Positions 35,656 through 45,593 of a stretch of DNA of 64,000 bases are shown here, in pieces. Numbering within the stretch: position 1 is the first letter of the stretch; the number at the start of each line of letters is the position of its first letter. The stretch spans positions 657-64,656 of the forward strand of contig CAZMOK010000011.1 of the NCBI GenBank assembly GCA_964567785.1, read 5' to 3'. This DNA comes from an uncultured Bacteroidales bacterium. GTDB taxonomy: Bacteria; Bacteroidota; Bacteroidia; Bacteroidales; JAGOPY01. The notes beneath the pieces are model-generated. The model did no database searches and was not told the DNA's origin. It saw only the letters and a list, made by a program, of their open reading frames with translations. The position numbers and the translations under genes were made by a program.

Positions 35656-36711
35656 TCAGATATTGTTTACTTCCATATCGCCGAGACAGACCCCCAGGTT
35701 TCGCCCTTTTCTGATGAGAGAGTGATCGGGCGGGACGAGGCGGAGTTTGTCGCCCACATCACTGAGGGGTATATGAGAAGTTCCGTCGCCTTTTTTACAC
35801 ACCATGACGCCGAATTTTTTCTTGGAGATCAGTTCAACCGCTTTGGCACCAAACCGGGTTGCAAGCACCCTGTCATTGGCTGATGGGCTTCCCCCTCTTT
35901 GAATGTAGCCCAGGATAGTTTTCCTGGCCTCGAGGCCCGTTTTGTCTTCAATCATCTCGGCTATGGTTGAAGCGGCCGACTTGTTCTTGGGTTTGTCGAT
36001 ACCTTCAGCCACAACTACAATGGAATAGGATTTCTCTTCTATTGCCCGGCGCTCAAGATACTCGGCAATCACTTTTTTGCTGTAGGGGATTTCGGGTATG
36101 AGGATGACATCCCCACCGCCCGCGATTCCTGAATAAAGTGCCAGCCATCCGGCGTGGTGACCCATCACTTCGATCACCATGATTCTTTTATGGCTGTTGG
36201 CGGTAGTATGCAACCTGTCTATGGCATCGGTGGCTATGCTCAGGGCAGAATCGAAGCCAAAGGTGACATCCGTTCCCCAGACATCATTGTCGATGGTCTT
36301 TGGCAGGCCTATAATGTTCAGCCCCGCCTCGGCCAGCCTGGTGGCAGTTCTCTGTGTTCCGTTGCCTCCAATACAGACCAGTGCATCAAGACCCATCTCC
36401 TTGTAATGCTTTTTGATGAGCTTTGGCTTATCGATTTGCTGAAGGCCGTTCTTGGATTTTTTGAAAGGCTTTTCCCTTGAAGTCCCAAGAATAGTGCCGC
36501 CGAGGGTCAGGATACCGGACAGATGTTTTTCAGTCAGCTCCTGGTATTCCTGGTTGATCAGACCCAGGAAGCCCGAAGAGATACCGTATACCTTCATACC
36601 ATAACTTCTGATGGCTGTTTTGCCAACCCCCCTGATCGCTGCATTGATACCGGGGCAATCGCCACCTGCGCTGAGAATGCCTATCTTCATCCCTTTTGTG
36701 GATGATCCCAT
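35656..36711 (-). CDS. pfkA: ATP-dependent 6-phosphofructokinase
   Basis: 351 aa with motifs SAGGDCPGINAAIRG, IGGNGT, GLPKTIDND and MGHHAGW. An alternative start is ATG 36690. The -7 box spacing favours 36711. Confidence 0.9.
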   Translation of the reverse strand: MGSSTKGMKIGILSAGGDCPGINAAIRGVGKTAIRSYGMKVYGISSGFLGLINQEYQELTEKHLSGILTLGGTILGTSREKPFKKSKNGLQQIDKPKLIKKHYKEMGLDALVCIGGNGTQRTATRLAEAGLNIIGLPKTIDNDVWGTDVTFGFDSALSIATDAIDRLHTTANSHKRIMVIEVMGHHAGWLALYSGIAGGGDVILIPEIPYSKKVIAEYLERRAIEEKSYSIVVVAEGIDKPKNKSAASTIAEMIEDKTGLEARKTILGYIQRGGSPSANDRVLATRFGAKAVELISKKKFGVMVCKKGDGTSHIPLSDVGDKLRLVPPDHSLIRKGRNLGVCLGDMEVNNI

Positions 36712-36736
36712 AATATTGTTCTTTTGGTTGTAATAT

Positions 36737-36744
36737 CAAATGTA
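36737..36744 (-). promoter_or_regulatory. Bacteroidota sigma-A -7 box TACATTTG (pfkA)
   Basis: Matches TAnnTTTG on the minus strand, 25 nt upstream of ATG 36711. Confidence 0.45.
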
Positions 36745-36826
36745 ATCAAAAATGGTAAGGGCCATTTATAATCAGTAGCTGATAATAAGGATTTTGCGAA
36801 CAGGATTTCAACATTGGTAAAGAGTG

Positions 36827-38038
36827 TCATACATTAAGGGTTTCTCCTTCACTTTTGGCAATTATAACCGCACCGCATGAATCGCTCCATACATTTGTGG
36901 CTGTGCGGAACATATCAAGGATCCTGTCGACGGCAAGGATGAGGCCCACTCCCTCCAGGGGCAGACCCACCGCAGTGAGGATAATAGTGATCATCACCAG
37001 TCCTGCCATTGGAATACCGGCCGCACCAATGGACGCCAGCAGAGCGGTTATCACAACAATGATCTGCTGCCCTATGCTGAGGTCTATCCCGTATGCCTGT
37101 GCAATGAACATTACGGCAACACATTCGTAAAGTGCAGTGCCATCCATGTTGATGGTAGCGCCAAGCGGAAGCGTGAAGCTGGAGATCTTGTTCGAAACAC
37201 CGTCGTTCTCCTCTACGGCCTGGATGGTCAGGGGAAGGGTGGCATTGGATGAGGATGTTGAAAATGCCGTTAAGACAGGGGTTCTCAGTGCAAGAAAATG
37301 CTTCCACGGATTTACTTTTCCAATTACCCTTGAGAGAGTGGGAAGTGTTATGAGCGCATGAACAGAAAGAGCCATGATCACTACAAGCATATACATTCCC
37401 ATACTTTCGACGAGGGCGCCCAGGTCGTCCTGTTCTGCTACTTTTTCGGCCACAAGCCCGAAGATACCAAGGGGTGTGAATTTTATAATGAAGAGGGTAA
37501 CCTTCATCATTACATCAAAAGCTGCGTTGAAGAAATCGGTAAGCAGCTTTTTCGATTTGCCGGGGGCTTGGGTAATGAAAAACCCGAACAGGATCGCAAA
37601 AAAGATCACCGAAAGCATCTGGCTGTTGTCAGAAAAAACACTGAAAATGTTTTCAGGGATTATGTTGATGAGAGTATCTCTGAGAGATCCTCCCTCCACC
37701 GCAAGATCCACTTCCTTGCTGAGGTTGAGGTCTGCCCCGACCCCGGGCTTAAAAATATTAACCAGCACAAGCCCTGTCACTATTGCAAGAGTGCTGGTCA
37801 ACACATAATATGATATGGTCTTTATCCCCAGCCTGCCCAGATTCTCGGCATTGCCAATATTGGTCACGCCTGATATTATAGAACTGAGTACGAGAGGGAT
37901 GATCACCATCTTCAGCGCACGCAGAAAGATAGTGCCCATCCAGTCGACATAATGAATGTGGTCTTCCAGGAAGATCCCATAGAAAACTGCCAGTACGAGG
38001 GCGATCAGGATCTGCCAGTGCAGGGCTATTTTCTTCAT
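36827..38038 (-). CDS. dicarboxylate/amino acid:cation symporter (DAACS family)
   Basis: 403 aa and polytopic. The family pattern is present: FLRALKMVIIPLV..., FSTSSSNATLP, GATINMDGTALYE. Confidence 0.85.
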   Translation of the reverse strand: MKKIALHWQILIALVLAVFYGIFLEDHIHYVDWMGTIFLRALKMVIIPLVLSSIISGVTNIGNAENLGRLGIKTISYYVLTSTLAIVTGLVLVNIFKPGVGADLNLSKEVDLAVEGGSLRDTLINIIPENIFSVFSDNSQMLSVIFFAILFGFFITQAPGKSKKLLTDFFNAAFDVMMKVTLFIIKFTPLGIFGLVAEKVAEQDDLGALVESMGMYMLVVIMALSVHALITLPTLSRVIGKVNPWKHFLALRTPVLTAFSTSSSNATLPLTIQAVEENDGVSNKISSFTLPLGATINMDGTALYECVAVMFIAQAYGIDLSIGQQIIVVITALLASIGAAGIPMAGLVMITIILTAVGLPLEGVGLILAVDRILDMFRTATNVWSDSCGAVIIAKSEGETLNV

Positions 38039-38140
38039 AAGCTTTTGAACGGCTTACGAAAATAGGTAAAAATGTGCGGATAAGACAGGATGCCAGAAGT
38101 TCATTCTATTTGTTTAACTTTATGGGATTAATATTTATAT

Positions 38141-39709
38141 ATGAAAGCTCTGTTTGTAAACTTTCTGGCACTTGTGTTTTCTTGTGCCTCTCTTGCCCAG
38201 CATACCAACATTCTTATAGATGATGTGGGCAGTTTTTATCCTCCCGAAGAACCATCGATAATTATTGACCCGAAAAACACCGACCACCTGGTGGCCGGTT
38301 CGAACATCGATAACTATTATATTTCGACCGATGGAGGCCAGACATGGGAAAAAGGCACACTTTCTTCCACTTATGGCGTATGGGGTGATCCGGTCCTGAT
38401 CGTTGATACCGCCGGAAGTTATTACTTCTTCCACCTCAGCAACCCGGATGTGGGGAACTGGATCGACCGGATCGTGTGCCAGAAGCTCGATAATATTTCC
38501 GGCTCGTGGAATAACGGAACCTATATGGGGCTCAACGGGACTAAGGCCCAGGATAAAGAGTGGGCCACAGTAGACAGGTCCAACAACTACATTTACGTTA
38601 CCTGGAGCCAGTTTGATGACTACGGCAGCAGCAATCCCAACGATTTCAGCAATATCCTTTTCTCAAGATCTACAGACGGCGGGGAAACCTGGACCGATGC
38701 CCTTCAGATCAACCAGGTTTCGGGCGACTGCATCGACAGTGACAATACAACGGAGGGAGCTGTGCCTGCAGTAGGTCCAAATGGCGAGATCTATGTGGCC
38801 TGGGCAGGGCCTGAGGGGCTGGTGTTCGACCGTTCAACCGACCAGGGTGAAACATGGCTCGAGGATGACATCTTCATAAGCGATATTCCCGAAGGATGGG
38901 ACTATGACATTCCCGGGATATACAGGGCTAACGGATTGCCCGTCACAGTTTGTGATACCAGCGGCGGGGATTTTCACGGTACTATCTATGTGAACTGGAC
39001 CGACCAGCGCAACGGTATTGACGATACTGATGTATGGCTGGTAAAATCTGTCGATGGAGGGGATACATGGACCGGGCCTTTAAGGGTCAACGATGATCCG
39101 CCGGGGAAACACCAGTTCTTTACCTGGATGGCGGTCGACCAGGCAAACGGCAACCTCTGGTTTGTATTCTACGACCGCAGGAACTATTCAAATTCCAACA
39201 CCGACGTGTATATGGCCAGATCGACCGACGGCGGTGAGACTTTTGAGAATTTCAGGATCAGTGAATCCCCTTTTCTACCATATTCATCTATTTTCTTCGG
39301 CGACTATACAAATATAACGGCATACGATGATGTGGTACGACCGGTATGGGCCCGCCTGCAGAACGGTGAATTGAGTGTATGGACATCATTGGTCGACCTT
39401 ACTATGGTCGGTGTAGAAGAAGAGCAACCACTTGCCCCTGTGGCAACGCTCGAACAGAATTACCCGAACCCATTCACAGAAAACACCTATTTTTCCTTCA
39501 AGCTAAGGGAGCCTGCCGTTACCTCCCTGAGGATATTCGACCAGTATGGCCGTTTTATGGCAACCATAATTGATTCGGAGAGGCTTCCGGCAGGGAGGTA
39601 TACTGAGAAGTTCAATGCAAGCGATTCAGGATTAGTCCCGGGAATTTATTATTTCTCATTAGTCAGCGGAGACGATGCGGTCAAGAAGAAGATGATCCTT
39701 TTGAAATGA
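38141..39709 (+). CDS. BNR-repeat sialidase-like protein with T9SS C-terminal sorting domain
   Basis: 522 aa with a signal peptide. Five Asp-box/BNR repeats are present: STDGGQTW, STDGGETW, STDQGETW, SVDGGDTW, STDGGETF. The C-terminus NYPNPFTENTYFSF...LRIFDQYGRFM...VPGIYYFSLV is a type-A T9SS CTD. Confidence 0.8.
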   Translation: MKALFVNFLALVFSCASLAQHTNILIDDVGSFYPPEEPSIIIDPKNTDHLVAGSNIDNYYISTDGGQTWEKGTLSSTYGVWGDPVLIVDTAGSYYFFHLSNPDVGNWIDRIVCQKLDNISGSWNNGTYMGLNGTKAQDKEWATVDRSNNYIYVTWSQFDDYGSSNPNDFSNILFSRSTDGGETWTDALQINQVSGDCIDSDNTTEGAVPAVGPNGEIYVAWAGPEGLVFDRSTDQGETWLEDDIFISDIPEGWDYDIPGIYRANGLPVTVCDTSGGDFHGTIYVNWTDQRNGIDDTDVWLVKSVDGGDTWTGPLRVNDDPPGKHQFFTWMAVDQANGNLWFVFYDRRNYSNSNTDVYMARSTDGGETFENFRISESPFLPYSSIFFGDYTNITAYDDVVRPVWARLQNGELSVWTSLVDLTMVGVEEEQPLAPVATLEQNYPNPFTENTYFSFKLREPAVTSLRIFDQYGRFMATIIDSERLPAGRYTEKFNASDSGLVPGIYYFSLVSGDDAVKKKMILLK

Positions 39710-39781
39710 CAGGTTCAATCTCTTTCTTATTCATATTCAAACCATAACATAATTAGATTTGGTTATTATCATCTTGTTGAA

Positions 39782-39789
39782 TACTTTTG
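39782..39789 (+). promoter_or_regulatory. Bacteroidota sigma-A -7 box TACTTTTG (tetR-family gene)
   Basis: Matches TAnnTTTG, 23 nt upstream of ATG 39813. A second match, TAGATTTG, lies at 39754-39761. Confidence 0.4.
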
Positions 39790-39812
39790 TCGCGGTTTTA
39801 CTCGAACCTTAA

Positions 39813-40427
39813 ATGAACGAGAACTACGAGGATATCATAAAGAAGTACAGGGATTTTCTTTTTTCGAAAGGATATGTTAACCTATCGCTCGGTCAGCTTT
39901 CCAGTCAGATAGGAGTTGACGGGGAAATTGTAAGCAGCTATTTCTCTACTGAAGAAGAGCTGGTTGAAAAAGTGCTTGAATATGAAAGGAAACAGTTTGA
40001 AAGGATATTTGAAACACATGATTTTGAAGGAGTAAATGCTATTGAAATCTTGCTCACTGTTAGCAGGGAAGTAGCCATGAATTTTCCGGATGTTTCACCT
40101 TCTATCACTTTTGAACTGAAAAACCATTACCCTGAGATCTATCAAAAGCATTTTGATTTCAGAAGGGATTTTATCTATGAAAAGATAAAGATCAACCTTA
40201 CAAAGGGGATCAACCAGGGAATTTATCGTGATGACCTGAGTATTGAGCTGGTAGCACGACTTTACCTTTCAAGGCTTATAGATCTTCATAACCCCGATTT
40301 TTTCCCTTCTGAGGAGTTTTCATTTGAAACCATTTTCAATACGATGTTTGAAAACTTCATCAGGGGTATTGCCAAGCCGGGGGGGCTGGAATACTTTGAA
40401 AAGAGGAGAAAAGAGTATAAGTTCTGA
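39813..40427 (+). CDS. TetR/AcrR-family transcriptional regulator
   Basis: 204 aa with an N-terminal HTH region (LSLGQLSSQIGVDGEIVSSYFSTEEELV). It lies immediately upstream of TolC/MFP genes. Confidence 0.7.
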   Translation: MNENYEDIIKKYRDFLFSKGYVNLSLGQLSSQIGVDGEIVSSYFSTEEELVEKVLEYERKQFERIFETHDFEGVNAIEILLTVSREVAMNFPDVSPSITFELKNHYPEIYQKHFDFRRDFIYEKIKINLTKGINQGIYRDDLSIELVARLYLSRLIDLHNPDFFPSEEFSFETIFNTMFENFIRGIAKPGGLEYFEKRRKEYKF

Positions 40428-40432
40428 ATTAG

Positions 40433-40444
40433 TTGAAATTTCAA
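40433..40444. promoter_or_regulatory. perfect 12-bp palindrome TTGAAATTTCAA, candidate TetR operator
   Basis: The sequence is self-complementary. It lies 6 nt after the TetR-family stop and 141 nt upstream of the TolC ATG. Confidence 0.25.
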
Positions 40445-40585
40445 GCTGTCTGATGTAATAATCACTCAGCGGATCGTTTATTAATTTAGTTGTGGCCCTT
40501 AAAGAACTATCCGGCGTGCGTTGTTGTTAGGTGTTTGTTTTTACCAGGTGTTTTGGATTATGAATCTTAAAATGCATTACAAGAA

Positions 40586-41923
40586 ATGAATTATGGAATT
40601 ACAGTGATCTTGCTCCTGGTCGTATTATTCAATGTCTCATTATATGGCCAGCCCGAGCAGTTTTCATTGAAAGAAGCACAGGACTATGCCGTTGAGAATA
40701 ACTACAATGTCAGGAGCGCAAATGCAGAGGTGGAAGCATCAAGGTACCAGGTTATGGAAAATATTGCCCGGGGGCTTCCACAGATAGATGGCTCCGTAGA
40801 CTACACTTATTATATCCAGTTACCCACAACTATCATCCCCGGGGAAAATGAATTCAATCCGGGCCCCGACCTGAGGGCACAATTTGGAAAACCTCACAAC
40901 GTATTTCTTAATCTAAACCTCAACCAACTCATATTCGACACACGTTATTTCATTGGCCTTCGCTATGCAAAAACCATGGAGCAGAAAACAGAAGAGGAGC
41001 TCCTGAAAACCGAAATTGATGTAAAAGCCCTTGTTGCAGAAACCTATTACAGGATTCTTGTGAATGAAGAAAGCCTTCTCATTCTCGATTCGCTTCAGAA
41101 AGTGCTCCAGCAAACCCGTTATGAAACAGAAGAACTTTTCAAGGCAGGTTTTGCGGAAGAAACAGATTACGATCAGCTAACACTTACTATAACCGATATT
41201 GATAATTCGATCAACGAACTTAAGAGGCTAAGGGACCTTGGCTATGACCTGCTGAGGTTCCAGCTTGCTTTACCATTGGAACATCCCCTTGAACTTACTG
41301 AATCGCTCGATGATATACTCACCAGAATTGAGATAGAACCGGTGATGAACCAGGATTTCGATATAAATAATAACATAGATTACAGGATAATTAAGTCTCA
41401 GGAGGAGATGTCGCTCCTGAATGTCAAGAATGAACGTTCGGCTTATTATCCAAGGCTGAATGGTTTCATTAATGTTCAGACCAGTGCACAGCGCGACCAG
41501 TTTACCATTTTCAGGGATGGTTACCCCTGGTTGCCCACCTCTTCGGCAGGTGCCTCACTAAGTGTCCCCATCTTTTCAAGCGGCCAGCGCCAGGCAAGGC
41601 TTGAGCAGGCTAAAATTCAACTTGAACAGGTGAAGATATCCAGAAGGCAAATGGAGCAGAATCTCAACCTGAGCGTAGTTCAGGCAAGGGCTGCTTTCCG
41701 GACCGCGGTTGAAAACTTTTTCAGGGAAGAAGACAATGTTGAACTGGCACTGAAGATCTATGAAAAGGCATTAATAAAATTCAGGGAAGGGGTTGCTTCA
41801 AGTGTGGAACTGACCCAACAGCATCAGCAGTATTTCAATGCACAGTCAAATTATTTCCAGACCGTGCTGGAAATGTTGAATGCAAAGATCGAACTTGATA
41901 AGACCCTGGGTAATTACAATTAG
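40586..41923 (+). CDS. TolC-family outer-membrane efflux protein
   Basis: 445 aa with a signal peptide. It starts with the typical LKEAQDYAVENNYNVRSA and has two-repeat coiled-coil/OEP architecture. Confidence 0.8.
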   Translation: MNYGITVILLLVVLFNVSLYGQPEQFSLKEAQDYAVENNYNVRSANAEVEASRYQVMENIARGLPQIDGSVDYTYYIQLPTTIIPGENEFNPGPDLRAQFGKPHNVFLNLNLNQLIFDTRYFIGLRYAKTMEQKTEEELLKTEIDVKALVAETYYRILVNEESLLILDSLQKVLQQTRYETEELFKAGFAEETDYDQLTLTITDIDNSINELKRLRDLGYDLLRFQLALPLEHPLELTESLDDILTRIEIEPVMNQDFDINNNIDYRIIKSQEEMSLLNVKNERSAYYPRLNGFINVQTSAQRDQFTIFRDGYPWLPTSSAGASLSVPIFSSGQRQARLEQAKIQLEQVKISRRQMEQNLNLSVVQARAAFRTAVENFFREEDNVELALKIYEKALIKFREGVASSVELTQQHQQYFNAQSNYFQTVLEMLNAKIELDKTLGNYN

Positions 41924-41972
41924 AAGAAAAGGGAATAATAAATCAATAAAACCGAATTAACAGGTTTCAATA

Positions 41973-43100
41973 ATGAAAAAAATACTGACGTTAGTCATTA
42001 TTCTTGGCCTTATCTCCTGCGGACAGACGCCAGAGGATGAAGAGTCCATCAGGCAGCAGATAAGCGAATATAAAAGCGAAATAAACCAGATCAATAAAAA
42101 AATTAATGAGTTAGAAGATAAACTCGATGAGTTTGACGGTGATGAAAGGTTCTCAGTACCTGTAAGCGTAAAAATGATCGATTACGAGGTATTCAACCAC
42201 TATTTTGAAGTGCGTGGGACAGCAGAAGCGGTCAACGAATCAATGATCAGTCCTGAGACCAGTGGCACGATCGAAAATATTTATGTAAAGGAAGGAGAGA
42301 GGGTCAGGAAAAACCAGCTCCTTGCCAAACTTTCTACTGAGATCATTGAGAACAGCATACAGGAAGTTGAATCACAACTGGAATACGCAGAAACAGTTTA
42401 TGAAAAACAAAAAAGGTTGTGGGACAAGAAGATCGGGTCTGAAATGCAGTTCCTCGAGGCGAAAAACCGGCGTGACGGACTTCAAAAGAACCTGGAAACC
42501 CTGAAGTCACAGCTCGAAATGGCCTACATTAAAAGTTCCATAAACGGGGTTGTGGATGAGATAGATATGAAAGTGGGTGAGCTGGCCATGCCCGGGGCCC
42601 CCATGATGCAATTAGTAAGCCTGGATGAATTATTTATCAACGCGGATGTATCGGAGACATATCTTGCCAGTGTGAAAGAAGGTGATTCTGTGCAGCTAAG
42701 CTTTCCTGTTTATCCCGATTTAAAAATGAAAGTACCTGTTCACAGGATAGGAAACGTGATAAACCCCGCCAACAGAACATTCAAAATGCAACTCAAGATC
42801 AAGAACCCAGGCAACAAGCTAAAGCCGAACATACTTGCGGTAATGCGTATCAATGATTTCACCACACCTTCAGCATTGATAGTCCCTTCAAATGTCATCA
42901 AGCAAGATGCTAAAGGGCAGTATATTTACGTTATAAGGGAAGAAAACAGTGAAAAGGTTGCCAGGAAGGTTTATATTGAAACCGGGATGACATACGATGA
43001 TGAATCTATGGTGATCGAAGGTCTCCAACTTGGTGATGAGGTGATTACCAGGGGCTATACACAGGTATCGGACGGCGCTCCGGTATCAATCAAAGGATGA
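41973..43100 (+). CDS. efflux periplasmic adaptor (membrane fusion protein, HlyD/RND-MFP family), lipoprotein
   Basis: 375 aa with lipobox LGLISC. It has a coiled-coil hairpin and a lipoyl-like motif (GTIENIYVKEGERVRKNQLLAKL ... INGVVDEI). Confidence 0.8.
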   Translation: MKKILTLVIILGLISCGQTPEDEESIRQQISEYKSEINQINKKINELEDKLDEFDGDERFSVPVSVKMIDYEVFNHYFEVRGTAEAVNESMISPETSGTIENIYVKEGERVRKNQLLAKLSTEIIENSIQEVESQLEYAETVYEKQKRLWDKKIGSEMQFLEAKNRRDGLQKNLETLKSQLEMAYIKSSINGVVDEIDMKVGELAMPGAPMMQLVSLDELFINADVSETYLASVKEGDSVQLSFPVYPDLKMKVPVHRIGNVINPANRTFKMQLKIKNPGNKLKPNILAVMRINDFTTPSALIVPSNVIKQDAKGQYIYVIREENSEKVARKVYIETGMTYDDESMVIEGLQLGDEVITRGYTQVSDGAPVSIKG

Positions 43101-43101
43101 C

Positions 43102-44613
43102 ATGAAATACCCCGTCAAGAACCGGCTTTTAATTGCAGTTGTTTTATTTTCCATCTCTTTTTACTCTTTTTCACAGAATAAGACCAAAGTCTTTATTGAC
43201 AATGCTGATGTCCTGAGGTTCGAACAGAAAGGCGATAAAGAGATCCAGCGGCTTATAGGCAATGTAAGGCTCCGCCAGGACAGTACGCTGTTTTTCTGCG
43301 ACAGCGCCATCCTGGAAAATACCAGCAACAATATGCAGGCCTTTGGCAATGTTCATATCAACTATACCGACTCACTCGATATTTACGGCGACTTTCTGGA
43401 TTATACCGGAAACACCCGGATAGCTGAACTCGATGGCAATGTGCTGCTTGTTGATGATAAGGCCACCCTGAGGACCGATCACCTGATATATGACAGGAAC
43501 AACAAGCAGGCAACTTACAATACCGGTGGCGAGATAGAGGATGAGGAGAACGTGCTGACGAGCTGGATCGGTCATTATTACACTGCCGATAAGGAGTTTT
43601 TTTTCAAGGATACTGTGGTACTGGTAAACCCGGATTACATTCTCAGGTCAGACACTCTCAAGTATAACACCGATACCGAAATAGCGTATATATTCGGGCC
43701 AACAAATATCACGAGCGAAGAGGATTCGATTTATTGCGAATACGGCTGGTACGATACAAAGCAAAACCGCTCAAAACTGGTAAAGAACGCTCTTGTGCAG
43801 AAAAAGGAGCAGTCGATCAAGGCTGATACCATTTTCTATAACAGGGAGATAGATTATGGCCGGGCACTGGGTAATATAACGCTTACCGATACAGTCCAGG
43901 ACGTAGTTGTTGAAGGTGACTCAGGAGAGTTTGACAGGAAAAAGGGGGAGTCATATGTTACCCAGCGGGCAGTTGCCATATTTATAGACGGACCGGATTC
44001 ACTTTTCCTGCATGCGGATACTATTAAGGTACTCAATGATTCGCTCGACAGGGCGGAAAAACTCCTTGCCTACAACAGGATGAAATTTTTCAGGGATGAT
44101 TTCCAGGGGGCATGTGATTCGATGATCTACAGCGTACCCGATTCGACTATCTATATGTATACCGATCCTGTGCTATGGTCGGATGAGAATCAACTGACCT
44201 CTGATTCCATTCATATTTTTGTGAGCCATAACAATATTGACTCGCTAAGGCTATACAGTTCTGCCTTTATCATATCAAAAGATACGGTGTCCGGCTATAA
44301 TCAGATAAAGGGCCGCGAGATGACAGGTTATTTCAAGGATAACAACCTTTGGAGAATAAGGGTCAGCGGCAATGCAGAAACACTCTATTATGTGAGGGAG
44401 GAGGACGGTGCACTGATAGGTGTAAACAAGTCTGTCTCGAGCTATATGAAAATAAAGCTCCGGGATAACGATATCAAACAGATCACTTACCTTGAAAAGC
44501 CGGATGCAAACCTGGTACCGGATATACAGAGTCTCGGGGGTGAATTAAAGCTGGAAGGGTTTATCTGGATAGAAGAACGTAGGCCGAAGACCAAACAGGA
44601 AATCTTTGAATAA
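43102..44613 (+). CDS. OstA-like (LptA/LptD N-terminal beta-jellyroll repeat) protein
   Basis: 503 aa with a signal peptide. OstA-type strands repeat (ADVLRFEQKGDKEIQRLIGNVRLRQDSTLFFCDSAIL...AFGNVHI). Its start codon is 1 nt after the MFP stop. Confidence 0.65.
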   Translation: MKYPVKNRLLIAVVLFSISFYSFSQNKTKVFIDNADVLRFEQKGDKEIQRLIGNVRLRQDSTLFFCDSAILENTSNNMQAFGNVHINYTDSLDIYGDFLDYTGNTRIAELDGNVLLVDDKATLRTDHLIYDRNNKQATYNTGGEIEDEENVLTSWIGHYYTADKEFFFKDTVVLVNPDYILRSDTLKYNTDTEIAYIFGPTNITSEEDSIYCEYGWYDTKQNRSKLVKNALVQKKEQSIKADTIFYNREIDYGRALGNITLTDTVQDVVVEGDSGEFDRKKGESYVTQRAVAIFIDGPDSLFLHADTIKVLNDSLDRAEKLLAYNRMKFFRDDFQGACDSMIYSVPDSTIYMYTDPVLWSDENQLTSDSIHIFVSHNNIDSLRLYSSAFIISKDTVSGYNQIKGREMTGYFKDNNLWRIRVSGNAETLYYVREEDGALIGVNKSVSSYMKIKLRDNDIKQITYLEKPDANLVPDIQSLGGELKLEGFIWIEERRPKTKQEIFE

Positions 44614-44614
44614 C

Positions 44615-45562
44615 TCAGAAAAGTGAAAATTTGACGTAACGTTTCGGATTTGTTCTTACGTCTTCCAGAAGCTGGTTAAGCTCGTAGGCTGTTTTTTCCA
44701 GTTCAATATATAGCTGATCATTGTTGAGCAGCATGCCAATTGAACCTTCCCCGCTGTTTATCTTCTGTGTTATTTCAGAGATATCTGACACAACATCGTT
44801 AAGGTTCTGGAATGTTTGCGGTATATGGGCCATCGCGAGGGAGTCGCTGATGGTTGAAATATTGTCGATGGTGTTGTTGATCTCTTCACCATTATCGCGG
44901 AGGTTCATCGTGATCATGTCCAGGTTGTAAAGGATGCTGGCAAGCCTGTTCGACTGTTCCACCACCAGTGTGTCGATATTCGAAGTGGTGGTCTCAAGGT
45001 TCTGGAATGTCATGCGTATGCTCTGTATACTGGCCAGTATCTCATCCCTTATATCCCGGGTAAAAACACCCTGAACGGCAACCACCATAGAATCAATCGA
45101 CAGTATTAGGTTTTCTGCCTTTCGTTTCAGGGGCTGGATCTGTCTGTTGACTTCTTCTTTGAGAGTGGCTTCCATGGTCGACATCAATGTGTCGCCGGTG
45201 ACGGCAAGCTCACCTGAGCTACCAAGCTCTATGCTGATGGCACGGGAACCCATCAGGTCGGAACTGAATATCCTGGAGACAGAGTTTTTGGGGATGGGGA
45301 ATTCGTTTTTCACAGCCAGTACAATGATCACATTCCCGTTCATGGAAGGGTCAAAGTACATATCGCTTACCTGGCCTATCCTCATTCCGTTGATGAGCAC
45401 AGGGTTTGATTTCTCCAGGCCGTTTATATCGTCGTAAACAGCATAGAAATACCTCTCCTTAGAGAAGATGTTTTTCCCTTTCAGGAAGTTTAGTCCCCAG
45501 ATAAAGCCTGCAATGGCCAAAACGAAGAAAAAACCAACTTTCAGTTCGCGGGGGATTTTCAA
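44615..45562 (-). CDS. MlaD/MCE-domain protein
   Basis: 315 aa. An N-terminal TM helix (VGFFFVLAIAGFIWGL) is followed by an MCE domain (YAVYDDINGLEKSNPVLINGMRIGQV) and a helical C-terminal region. Confidence 0.8.
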   Translation of the reverse strand: MKIPRELKVGFFFVLAIAGFIWGLNFLKGKNIFSKERYFYAVYDDINGLEKSNPVLINGMRIGQVSDMYFDPSMNGNVIIVLAVKNEFPIPKNSVSRIFSSDLMGSRAISIELGSSGELAVTGDTLMSTMEATLKEEVNRQIQPLKRKAENLILSIDSMVVAVQGVFTRDIRDEILASIQSIRMTFQNLETTTSNIDTLVVEQSNRLASILYNLDMITMNLRDNGEEINNTIDNISTISDSLAMAHIPQTFQNLNDVVSDISEITQKINSGEGSIGMLLNNDQLYIELEKTAYELNQLLEDVRTNPKRYVKFSLF

Positions 45563-45593
45563 AGCTCAAACCTCCATTGTTATTACTACAAAC

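Noticed and set aside
40560-40589. A 9-codon uORF (MNLKMHYKK) overlapping the TolC start in an ATGA arrangement.
   Set aside because: It is too short and AT-rich to separate from chance, and conservation cannot be judged here.
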